DNA of 64,000 bases from Phoronis australis. Lineage: Eukaryota > Animalia > Phoronida. Position numbers and translations under genes: made by a program. Positions 39,701 to 51,700 of this stretch are shown in pieces. A model generated the notes under the pieces. That model saw only the letters and a program-made list of their open reading frames with translations. It had not been told where the DNA came from and made no database searches. Where the stretch lies: positions 241,436 through 305,435 of the forward strand of contig NMRA01000510.1 in the NCBI GenBank assembly GCA_002633005.1. The letters are read 5' to 3'. How positions within the stretch are numbered: the first letter of the stretch is position 1; each line of letters starts with the position of its first letter.

Positions 39701-42700
39701 TACTAAAATTACCCACCATCAAACATTTATGGCCCAATGAAACAACAACGACCTGTAAATTTTTATTTTNGACGGAACTAATGGGTGGAGGTGGGTACAA
39801 AGGACCTGGTGTTTGGTAATAGGGAGAGCTGTTGGTGTTATTGGGAAAAGAACTACTGGATAATGGTCGGTACAAAGGACTTGGTGTCGGGCAATAGGAG
39901 TCACTGCTGGTGCTTTTGAGGAAGAACTTGTGTGTAAAAGAGGATACACTGGGCATGGTGCCAGGTAATAGGAGTCACTGCTGGTGCTATTTGCAAAAGC
40001 ATCTAGTTAATGGAGAAAGGTGGTTACAAGGGACATGGGGACTGGTAGTAGTTGATAAAACTTGGTGCAACGGACTCACCTATGTTTCCTAACATTTCAC
40101 CAATTTTAGTTTTGATTCTCGCAGAGAGTAATATATTCGTTGAATTTTCAGTGCAGTATTATTGAAAATGAATAGTAAGCTTTTCATGCAACGCTCCTAG
40201 TTCAAAATCTGAGTTCCAATTTACTTTCATTTGGTTTTCTTTTGTATTGAAAGAAAATTTCATCATAATACAGATAAATTATTAGAAAAAAATTTACATT
40301 TTTTAGTTAACAAAGACGAATTTGCACCGAAGGGTTTAGTGCCCGGTTGCATGAAACAGTCCCAAATAGAGACTCAACTAAGTGCCCTAAATCTACTGCG
40401 TACCTTTGGACTTGTGAAAACATCGATTGCCCTTTCTTGTGATGTTTTAGTTTCATTACTAAGTCACCTTTTGACTGGTGCAAATCAAGAGTGAACTCTA
40501 CGTTGAATTGTCAATATTATCGAAAATAATTAGGGATCTTTCTATGCAACACGTCCAAATTAAGGACTGAGTTCCTAATTGTTATCTATGAACTCTGGGC
40601 TCAGTTTTTAGTGGTGTGATTAGAAAATGTTATTAAACATAGAGGATCTCATAATAAAGTTGAAATGATAGATAGAAAAATATTACATCTTTGAGTTCAT
40701 AAAGACACAAATACTCAAAAAGACTTAAGGTACCTGTGTTGAGTTCCTATTTTTGACTGTTTCATGCAACTGGCCACAGGAACTTAGTTGAGCACTGATT
40801 TGGGAATGTTTCATGCAACCAGCCACTGCTACAAGTTACCTGGTATCCTACAATAGTTGATGATGGTGGGTGTAAGGGACCTGGTGTCACACTAGAAGGT
40901 GCCGCTACTGATGCTATTGGGTGAAGGAATGGATGACCACTGTGTGGGTGGCACCAGTTCCAAAACACAATGTTTGACTGCTACGGCTCTGGTCTATTTC
41001 AGGGGATGTTGAGGAGCAGATCTGTCCAATCATCCTTCAGTTGACGGGACCTGACAGTATTGATGACCTCCGCACAGAAGCTGTGGCTGTGGGTTTAATA
41101 CAATTGTTTTAAGCTTTTAAGCAAGTTTTGGTTTCTTCTGAGTAAAAATCGACATTTTTGGAGTATGCAATATCCGTTGAGATATTTTCCTTTATTGAGG
41201 GATGTAGGGTATGTTACTTCGTCTTCGAGCATAATTATTTTTACAATGATTTCTCATGCTTACATTTTCGCCATCTTAGTCTCGTCTTGTAGAAGAATAT
41301 GCGTTATCTGCAGTGTAATTGGCCAAAGCATCGATGACAAAGATTACAATAGCCAATCATAACATTTCTGAAAATAACCAACTTGGATTTGTTCATCGGC
41401 TGCTCTTCATCACTATGTTTCTCTTCTGTATCGGTTTTTTCACTCAAAATGTCAAATACAATTAACGTGTGTAATGAAGCATATGTATATGAAATTGATG
41501 CTGGTATTAAAAAAAACGAGTTGAGGTGGGATTGGTTACATTCTAAAGGTGCAACAAGTTCAGTAGATGGGAGCATGAACCCATGTGACCATTGAGAATG
41601 AATGCTCAGAGTCACCTCACGACTGTGTGGTCACGAACACAGCAAGTTGTGAAAAGAGAAATCCACCCAAGTTTCTTAATTCAATAGGTAGTTTGACATT
41701 TCCATGCTAGCGATGTGCTTTAACCACTAACTCGATTTCTGTTATCCATTTTCTAATTGGTTTCGTGTCAGTCTCCCGGCATGTGGTGTACATAACAATG
41801 AACTGTTGACCTACTTTTAAGTAGGTTAGCAGTTGATCCCTCCTCTAGGTTGGGGACAGTGACGTTCTAGTGATAATTATATTAGCTATATACTGTTAAT
41901 ACAGGTCATATTGCGAGTGAATGTTGAAATAGCTAATATGGTTAAGGCATATATAGGTTATATTGACTGAACACAAATTTACACCAAATAATTATTCGAA
42001 GACCTTGAGATTTTCACTAGTCCCAGTTTAATTAGCTTTTTCTCACCTCCAGTAAATTGGCTTTATTCTCGGAAACGTCTCGGTGGATTTCGCTGAAACT
42101 TTCCAAACAATATTTATTCATCAATCTCAAAAATGCTGTAGGGTTTTCGATATCTAGGCCTAGTTTTTGGGTAATGTAACAAAGACTGCTATTTTTTACA
42201 AAAACACCTTGTGTGTTGCAAGTTGATTTGTCAGAAAGCAAACGAAAAAAAATTATCGAAAATTCCTATTTTGATGTATCTGGTGAAGTTTTCATTTGAA
42301 AAAGGTTTTATTAAAATCGACAGTGTTTACTTTGCTATGACTGTACCTTTCTTGAAAATGAAATTATGACATAAAAAGATGTTAATGTAATAATGTTAAC
42401 GGTACATAAATGTGAAATGTATTTTTATATTCCCTGATATTTTTTCTTTTTACTTTTACTGGTTGACAAAGCTTAGGTTTTTATATTTAATGTGGACGCA
42501 TTATGCCATCATCTCCGTCCTCAACGTATTTTCATAAAATTTGGCATATAGTCATCTATTAAGGAGATGACGCTATCCTCTCGTTTTCGGAAAGATTCGA
42601 CATAGTTTTGCGCCACCTAGTGACCCCCCCCCAGTCTGTTTTTTGGCGTCCACCACTCTATCAACCAAACTCTAAGGATGATTGTGAAAATTGGTATGTA

Positions 42701-45700
42701 TGTTCTTAGTATAAAGATGACGGCTGCCGATGATTTTCCAATGATTTTAACTACTGTGGCGCCTCCTAGTGGCAGTTTTGTATTTGCGCCCGTGGCTGTA
42801 TCTCCTAAACCCACTGCAGGATCTTTGTTAAGTTTAGTAAGTGTATTTATATGAAGGGCACAACAGACAATGACAACTTTCGGGCGGATCCAAAGAACAC
42901 TGTGCCCTCTAGTGGCAATTGCATTTTATTCTGTTTTCCTTTGTTTCTCTGAAGTTCCTTGACGGATTTTTGTGAAATTTGGTGTATAGCTTTCTATTAA
43001 AGAAGCATTGACATGTTTCCATTTTCGGACGAANTGGCGCCTCCTAGTGGCAGTTTTGTATTTGCGCCCATTTCTGTATCTCCTAAACCCACTGCAGGAT
43101 CTTTGTTAAGTTTAGTAAGTGTATTTATATGAAGGGCACAACAGACAATGACAACTTTCGGGCGGATCCAAAGAACACTGTGCCCTCTAGTGGCAATTGC
43201 ATTTTATTCTGTTTTCCTTTGTTTCTCTGAAGTTCCTTGACGGATTTCTGCGAAATTTGGTGTATAGCTTTCTATTAAAGAAGCATTGACATGTTTCCAT
43301 TTTCGGACGAATTGTATGTTTTTGCGCCATCTAGTGGCCATTTCTATGACAAAAATAAGCAACCCTAAAAGCACTCCATTTGCGATGCATTCGTGGGCGC
43401 ATTTCAACGCTCCCGTGTTGCTCTTGTTTGATATTCGCATTAGAATGGAGGCCACTAAATAAGGTTTGAGATAACCTTCAATCTAAAGGCATAAGTAATT
43501 GGTATGGAGAATTAGTCACTCCATAATATATCCATATATAATGAAATAATAAAAGATACTGAAATGCTATAGTCATTGTTTGCACTTTTGGAGAATGTTG
43601 GCTCAGAGGAAATATTTCGATGAAGTTAATATTGTGACTAGTGAGATTGTTTCCTTTTAGTTGTTCACAAGGTTGGATTCTGATATAACAAGTTTGTGAT
43701 CAGTGTTTCTGGTACGCACTGAGCATGGAATGTGGTGTTGGCAAGGTTCTACGGTGTAGAGTCTCTGAGTGCTGCTGTTGAGCACGTTGCCATGGAAATG
43801 CTGGATCACTGTGTGAAAGACATGGGTAGTGAGATGGTCACTGTAAATGCACCTCGCTACCGTGTCTTTTCCAAAGTTTTCTTGACCTCGTCCGTCTCCT
43901 CTATATTTGGAGTTAGACATTGGTTTGTCTTGGTCTGGCTGGTGTTCTGCTGAGAGTTCTTGGAAGTGAGTAAGTAGTCCAGTGGAGGTATTATTTGCTA
44001 TCTTTATGTTCTGAGTCCCTATGAATTACCACCGCCACATTGGTTTGCAGTTATTCTGCTGATTTTTATCTAGAAAACTTGCCTTGGAGATGTAGTGACA
44101 GTTGTTTTCTGGTGCTCGGCATCTATGCCGTGCCTGACCATCACAGCTGGTGTGCCGGTAGTACACTCTCTAGCAGCCTATCACAGCCAGCTTTGATGAG
44201 CCTGGCGCAGCATAACTCACAGACGATGCACTTCAGATTTTGCGGGCAGTGGAGAAGTGATCCAAGTACCGCTGTGCCTTCTAGTGGTATTTTTTTTACA
44301 TTTGCCTCTGTATCTTCGGAGTTCAGCAATGTATTTTCATGAAATTCGGCAGATAGGTTTCCATTAAGAAGACAACAACGCCTTCCCATTTTCAGAGACT
44401 TGATGTTTTCTGTGTCAGCTGGTGGCCATTTGAAAATTTTTATATTTGTTTTTTATGTCTGCCTCTCGAATCTGCCAAACCACTCTAAAAATCATTGTGA
44501 AAATTTGTGGTTGTGTTCCTGATTCGAAGACCCTCGCTGGCGTTGATTTTTGGACATTTTCTACTATGCTGGGGCAATTTTGCTTTTTTTTGCGTCTACA
44601 GCTGTATTTTCTTAAACCTTTGAAGGATCTTTACGAAATTTGGCAGATGGGCTCCTATAGCAATGACAACAGATAACGATGTGTTTCAGACCAATAGGAC
44701 TATAGCTGTGCCCCCTAGTGTCAATTGTTTTTACATTTGCCTCTACATCTGAGGAGTTCCTTAGCTTATTGTCATGAAATTTGGCAGATAGTTGTGTATC
44801 ACAAGGACAGTGCCACCTTCTCCATTCAGACAGGCTTTTCGCATTTGGCGCCATCTAATGGCCGATTTTATGGTACTAAAAACACCCATAGCACACTGTT
44901 TGCGTTGCTCTTGGTAGTGGTGGTAGTGGTCAACTGGTATGTCCCTGGACATGATAGCTTGTTGTAGGTGTCCACCAGGGAGTGATGTGTTGCTGGTCAT
45001 ATCACAGCCTGCTTGGATAACCTGTAGCCAGTCATTTTCTGCAGTCTCTCCTTTCCAAGGCTTTTGCACTAAATGTTCAGTGATTTTAGTGCTGGTTCAT
45101 AGTCTTGTCATATTTGCAATGCCATCTGTTGTCAGTCAGTGATGACTAATAAATTCATTGGTGTCCTCCGTAATTGTTCTGAAGCTGCTTAATATGCTTA
45201 TCTCAAAGGGTTGATCAAGGTAAAAAAAAAACTTGAAGATATACATCAAATATGTGACTTGGTATAATGTTTACCTCTTTTCTTTAATCAAAGTAAAAGC
45301 TTTTTTGAGCACAATTTCATACCTCTGCCGAGATCAGAAAATCCTCTTATTTTTGTGACCTGGGGTCCTTGAACATCAGTCAAGGAACGATTTCTGAATG
45401 ACGGCCATGTCCTTGAAAACGTATTGATGTCACGGTGAGCGTAAGAGTTATTTTGTTTGGTTGTTTTTTAGTCTCATTTCGGGGTTTTTTATACAAATAT
45501 TCTGATAAAGGTTAAAAACGTGCTACTAGGTGTTTAACTTCACTACTTCAGACCTTCAACAGATATGATGCACTTACTAGGCAACTTCAGAATTCAATGA
45601 ATACTTTGATTGCCCTGAGAAATACTATCCATTATGTTTTGTCATGTACATGTGTGTTTTTCTTGTTATTTTTACTCGTGGTGGCTTTCCCAATCTTGTG

Positions 45701-48700
45701 AAGGCACACAGAGCTGGCAGCATTATAGTACGTTACGCATTATATTATGTTATGCATTATAGTATGTTATGCCAAGTGACTCCATCCTCTTATCTCCCTT
45801 GTGGCTTTGCTTAATCACCATTGCTGTAGAGGTCGCCGGTGTTTGTGTTTTGGCTTTCAGCCAGTGACCTGTGTCAGTGAACTGATGTGTCCTTACAGAT
45901 GACTTGGGTATTCCACAGTTTGGTGCCTTTTTGTCAAGATTATGTCAAGGGCACTTGTTCCGCAGTTTGTAGTTGTGTGAAGTAGTTGATCCGCCATCCA
46001 CTCTTGTAGTCCTCTGTCAGCTAGTCTTTAGGTGCTGTAATTGCTTTCTATGTTTTATCATGGTTGCTGTGTTTGCTATTATGATGTTATTTATGAGATG
46101 GCTTCCCAGATAGCATGTTTGGTAAGTTGATTTTTTCAAATTCTCTTTTGTCATTGTGACATTTTTGTTAGGTTTGGTTTGCCATTTTGGTTTGGCATCA
46201 TGAGAGTTGTGGATAAGTTGTAATAAAAATCTATCTGGTTGCAACTTGTTCGCAGACCTGTGTACCTTGTACAAAAAATGCGGGTTCTTATTGAAATTGT
46301 ATTGTACTACGCAAGACCAGGCAAAAATAAGCAAATTTTAACCTAAAAATGTGAGCTCCGAAGTAGAAACTCTGTCCGATTCATTCTAAATATAGCTGGA
46401 TAATGGACGAATCGCAAGGCTTCTATTGGTATTCATCATCACTGGCCTAAACTATATACAGTGACTTATGGGTTGGTGGATTGTTTATTTCATTGAATTC
46501 CGGCCATCTGTGGCTAAATGGTACTGTTGTCAAAATGGCAAAGCGTGAAAGGCTGCATATTCAGAGTTGAGAATAAAATGGCTTCTGAAAGAAGGGAACA
46601 TTGTTGTTTTCCACATTATTTCGATGATTAGGAGTGTCTTATGGAAGGGGCCGTCGAATTCATAATGCAAGATGTGCAGCAGTTGAGACTTTTTGACAGG
46701 CAGTACGCTTGCAATGAACAATTATTCCAAAGTTTAGTGAATAGTTGACGTGTCGTCTGGTGTAAAACATGGTCCAGTGCAGAGTCATGAACACTTTTTG
46801 CAGACAAGTTTTTGGTTTAAGAAACGAGCATAACTAGTGAAGCAAGGAACTAATAGTTGTGTATCTGACTTATCACGATTGACGGTATACATTAACATTG
46901 CGTCATGTATGAACATAATTGTTCTAAGTTCAGTAAGGAACCTTTCTGTTGATTAACCGGATCTTTTCGGTAGTGCAAGCACAGCTTGCCAACTAAACCT
47001 TAGAGAAATCTGAAAATTGGTATGTAGCAGGGAAAAGTACCAGCTAAACACTGTTTCAATAGGCTAACATGCTGAAAAGTTTGAATTTTTGATGTTTACT
47101 AAAGAAATCTTCAAATCTGGTGTCTAAAGTACTCTAATGCAGTTTTGGTGGTACACAGGTCTGTGTTCATGTGTTTAATCTGCAGGATGTTATGTCTGAA
47201 GCTTACACTAAGATAGATAATTCAGGTTGACTGTTAAGATAATTGCTCTGTTGTATTGTTCACGCAGTAGTGGAATTGTCCTGGTGTCGAGGCTATCGGT
47301 TACTTGCCCGTTATAGTGGCTGTGATGTGTGAACATTGGTTCGTATCACAGCCCAGCTATGACGAGCTGGTGGCTGGACTATGTCCGCTAGCATGACACC
47401 TGCGACGGGATGTTGTGTCCATTACCGAAGTGTGGGTTCTGAACCTATGGGAATACTTCACAACTAGGTCCGACTTTTAGACAGTGTGTACCCAGTCATC
47501 TGTTACTGTCTCCTTTACTTGTAATAGTGGCGGAAGTACTTTATAAACCCTTTCTTGGTTTTAAGGCTTTGTTGGTGTTCAAATTTTAATGGTATCTTCC
47601 CTTGCTGAAGTTGCTATATTGTTGGTTGAAGGTGTGCTTCAGCTCTCTGGTCACCCTTTTAGCTGAAGCCCTTGTTGAGTTGTAGTGTCTTACGACATTG
47701 TTCATCTTGTAAACAACAGTCGATATTCAGTTTACTGATGTTCTGGTCGGGTCCACAACTTGAGCTGGAGCATCTTGTCCTGTTCTGCCAAGCATCCCTA
47801 CTACGCAGCGTACGCCATGCGGCAGATGTGACACACAAACGATTAGAGGCATCCCTATGTAACTTAGCAAGCGAACTGTTGTCATTACTTCCGCTTTGTC
47901 TGCACATTTGTGTGCATACTGCAGCTTACTTAGGGGCAAGTTGAGAACGCGTTCCCTGTCTCAAAGAGTTGAAAAGTGGGGTCAAGTTGTCGCACTTTTG
48001 TCGTGTTGCCCAAACACAAGGAGTGTCCACACACTACTCAACCTGGCAACCTCGTGCCTCTTGTAACTCATAGTGTGGACGATGCTATAGATTGCCATCT
48101 TTTGTTGTTGCAGTGAACTAATGTGAATTCTCCAGGTAATGATTTCCCACGCCTTCCATGCTGAAATGAATTCAATTTCAGTTTACCCACAAAATGCTTT
48201 AAGCCATTGGTGAATGCGAGTGGCCAGTTGTTGCGCGCTGTAGTCGGGTCGTTAAAGTGGCTGTGATGTGCTATCACTCATGACATATCACAGCCTGCTT
48301 TGACGAGTTGACAGGCACGATTTATCCTCTTGACCAAAGCACTAGTCAGATCACACCTTGGGCTGTTGGGCTTACGGTGTTTTCGTGGCAGAATTGAGCA
48401 CGAGCACGTTTTCTTTTTCTCCTCTTGGTTTGCTTTTTGTTTCCTGTAACATTTCAATGCAGCCTTAGCATAGTATCTAACATTTACATATTGTTACATT
48501 GTCGCCCTGGGTTTGACGTCATGGCTAGGTTGGTAGAAATGTCAAGGCTTTGTCTCAAGGATGGCCTGCACATTTGGGTTTGAGAGTATCGTTCTCTTGC
48601 AGTCAGTTATACTGTGCCTGGCAATTATTGTTGTGAGAATTTTATGTCCCTCGAAAGGTTATTCACTCCATTATGTTGGAAACCTCAGGCCTGCTTTGAT

Positions 48701-51700
48701 GTGTAATGGTGATTAGCCCATCAGAAATTGATTTTTCAGATTTGTTTATTATAATCTTTGTAGTCTGAAAAGGGTGTCTTATTTTCAAATTTTTGGAACT
48801 TGCATCGGTATGGGTTGTACTTTTAGCAGTTTTCTGAAGAAATGCTGTCAATTTGTGATGACTTGTGGTTTAACTTGTTTACCCACCATAAATATGCAAA
48901 GAAGGTTTTATGAAGGCGATGGTCCACTTGTTATGTCTAGTCCAATCAAAGGTTAAAGGGTTATGAGAACAAATATTCCTTAATGTCAAATTTTACTGGC
49001 TCTGTAAATGGTGTGTTATTTCATTCAACTATCAATAATTTCTGGGTTATTATAGAAAACAAGTGTTTTTTTTTTTTAAGTTTGCTTTTGGCAATCAGAT
49101 GGAAAATACTGTGATACGGTTGATGCGATGTGTTTTGAATCTAACAGCCAATGAATTACTGTTGGTCGTTTTGAAATGTTTATTTTCATTTTTGTTGGGT
49201 TTCTCTTCAAGTAGCATTTGGCATTAGTTATACTATCAAGAATGGTGTTGATGGTTGAGAAAGCCTTACTGCTTCATTGCGATGCGGTGCTGGTTGAGAA
49301 ACCTTATATAACACCATCAGAGTGTTGAAGGTGATGCGGTGCTGGTTGAGAAACCTGATATAACACCATCAGACTGATGAAGGTGATGCGGTGCTGGTTG
49401 AGAAAGTCTTGTAGCGCCATCAGAGTGGTGGTGATGTGTTCTATGCTTCATATCACAGCCTGCTTTGATGAGTGCTGCAGCGCTACGTTTTCTGCTGTTA
49501 CAATCCCTGCGTACTTTTCTGGCCATTGTTCTTGGTGTGTGCTTCTGTGGTTCATTATCGTGTTGGTGTGTACTCGGGTGAAATGTCCACACCATGGAAA
49601 GTAATGGAGCAACTACAGATTGGCTTTGAGGTGTGTTTTGCAAAGCAAATGGATGCGTTGAACTTTGTCAAAGTGGCTGTGATGTGTTGTGATTGCTCAT
49701 ATCACAGCCTGCTTTGATGAGTTTCAACTAGCCCATTCTCACTGGTTCTTTGGGTTTTTTACTTCAAGTTTCATGGGAATTTGTGTCTCTTGGGTGGGTG
49801 TCTTTACTTTCCAATTGCAGTTTTGTTGTCTGTTATCAGGGAAGTAATTTATCAATAGGCCGTTTAAGGCTGTGAATACTGTCATCATCAAGTGTTAAGT
49901 GGGGTGCAAGCCTGTGAGTGAAGATGTTGATGTATAATGCCGTCTAAGTTCCAGTTTCTCAACAAATTGTTCTGTCCCCTCCTTATGGACCGTTTATGTG
50001 ACCACTGTCGACTAATACGGTCATAACGTTGATCAATATTTCTTACGCTGTAAAGTAAATGTGTACGCATTTGTTGGGCTTGATTAAAAACTTCCAAGCT
50101 CATTTGGTGAGCTATTTCAGTATGTAATGGTGATGAATAACTGGGTACTCAGTAGGTGGTGCTGATAAAGAAAGGAACTCTTCTATCAACTGAACTGACG
50201 ACTAGGCTGTAAACCAGCGTTTTTTCTTGTAATGTATGCCAAAGTCTTGTGTGTTCTTATGTATTACCGAGTTTATACCGTCTACTCAACACTACATTGG
50301 GTGCATGTGTTTCTGCATGTGGACTCTGATATGAATCTAGAGTTGGTCGTTCATGGGTTCAGATTACTGTGAGCACAAATTCAAACATCAGGGTTTCCCC
50401 TGCACGTAAACTTCTGGGCGGCCTGCCACGCTCCTTTTTGGCCCCACCACTCGTAAATCATACTCAAATTGACCGCCACACACCTAGTCGTGACGTGGAA
50501 ACTTCACCGCCAAACAAAAATCGCTAGTAAAAATGATCGCCATGTTCCGCTCCCGCGTCGAGCATTCACCGCCATGCTCCTTTTGAAACCCAGCTAATAG
50601 GGGGATCCCATTTCTCATGTTCGCATGCGGCAACGGGCTTTGCACCCTGTTTTGGCCATTCACCACCACGCTCCTTGCAAAACCCAGAGGAAACACTGAA
50701 CATGATACAAATTCTGCACTGTGTTTTTACATCCTAATTTTCTTTCTATTCAGAAAACAAAGAATAAGTTACACATTATTTTCGCTTCGTGGAAATGTCA
50801 CTGTCATTTTCATTGCAAAATAATGCAACACAATTCTAATGTCTTGTAATTCTGGCTTTTTAAACATTGCTAACAATTTAAACATGGCTTGGTTCTTTTC
50901 AAACATGGCTCGAGATTTCCGAACATTTTGCAGCACAATGTTTGGATGCATGCGGGGAGAACAGTTGGGATTGTCAGCAGTTACTTTTTGTACATGCATC
51001 GATCTAGTGTTTTTCCTAGTTGGCATGCTGAGTGAACATATTGCATGCAGCTCTTGTTGAATGTTTCTATGTGCAGTGTGAGTCAAGACCTGTTGTGGCA
51101 GTGCATTCATGTCATTTGTTATCTATTTCAGTTGATGAGTAAGATGACGCCGCTGATTGGCAAGGACATCACAGAAAGGCTCTTCCTGCCTAGATTTGCT
51201 CACCTGTGCTCGGATACTTTGTTCCATGTTCGAAAAGTGGGTTTAATATGTTGCGGATACGTGTTCCCTAAGATATATTTTTTTTTAAACTAGAAGTCTG
51301 ACGAATCTGTTAGAACCATTCACAACACCTTAAGCATGTTCTATTAAATTTAAATGAAATGCTGAAGAGGCGTTTTTGGTGTTTTTGTGGCTCGAAATAA
51401 TTTTATGATCAAGAAATGCTCTTGGTACTGAGCACTTTAAAAAAACCACGACTTGATCTTAAAATCAAATATAAGGATGTGAATGGGAACAATTTTCATA
51501 CTTAAAAACTGTACTGTCAGGTCATACAAGTACTGCTAAAATCTGCATTCTCTTTGTGAAGATAGTGTATTCCAAGGCTTGGAATTTTCCATTTAAACGT
51601 GGATTTCTGCTTTTTTCTATTATTCCCTCCGCGCATTTTTGTTATAATCCTGCGGGAAAAATCAGATCTGCCATAAAATATCCGCCGCAAATTGGTCTGT

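Noticed and set aside
42757-43311. 277-bp near-perfect tandem duplication
   Set aside because: The two copies meet exactly at the single n (43034) and differ at only a few bases; typical of overlapping allelic contig ends joined by a scaffolder
47672-47944. ORF containing ELEHLVLFCQ, superficially like the missing PPP4R1 peptide HIALFCQ
   Set aside because: Similarity limited to a few residues, wrong position in gene order, no matching flanking residues
44130-49728. Spaced near-identical ~23-nt repeats as a CRISPR-like array
   Set aside because: Eukaryotic intron, irregular spacing of 0.25-2.3 kb, no cas genes; repeats are miR-2 mature sequences in hairpins
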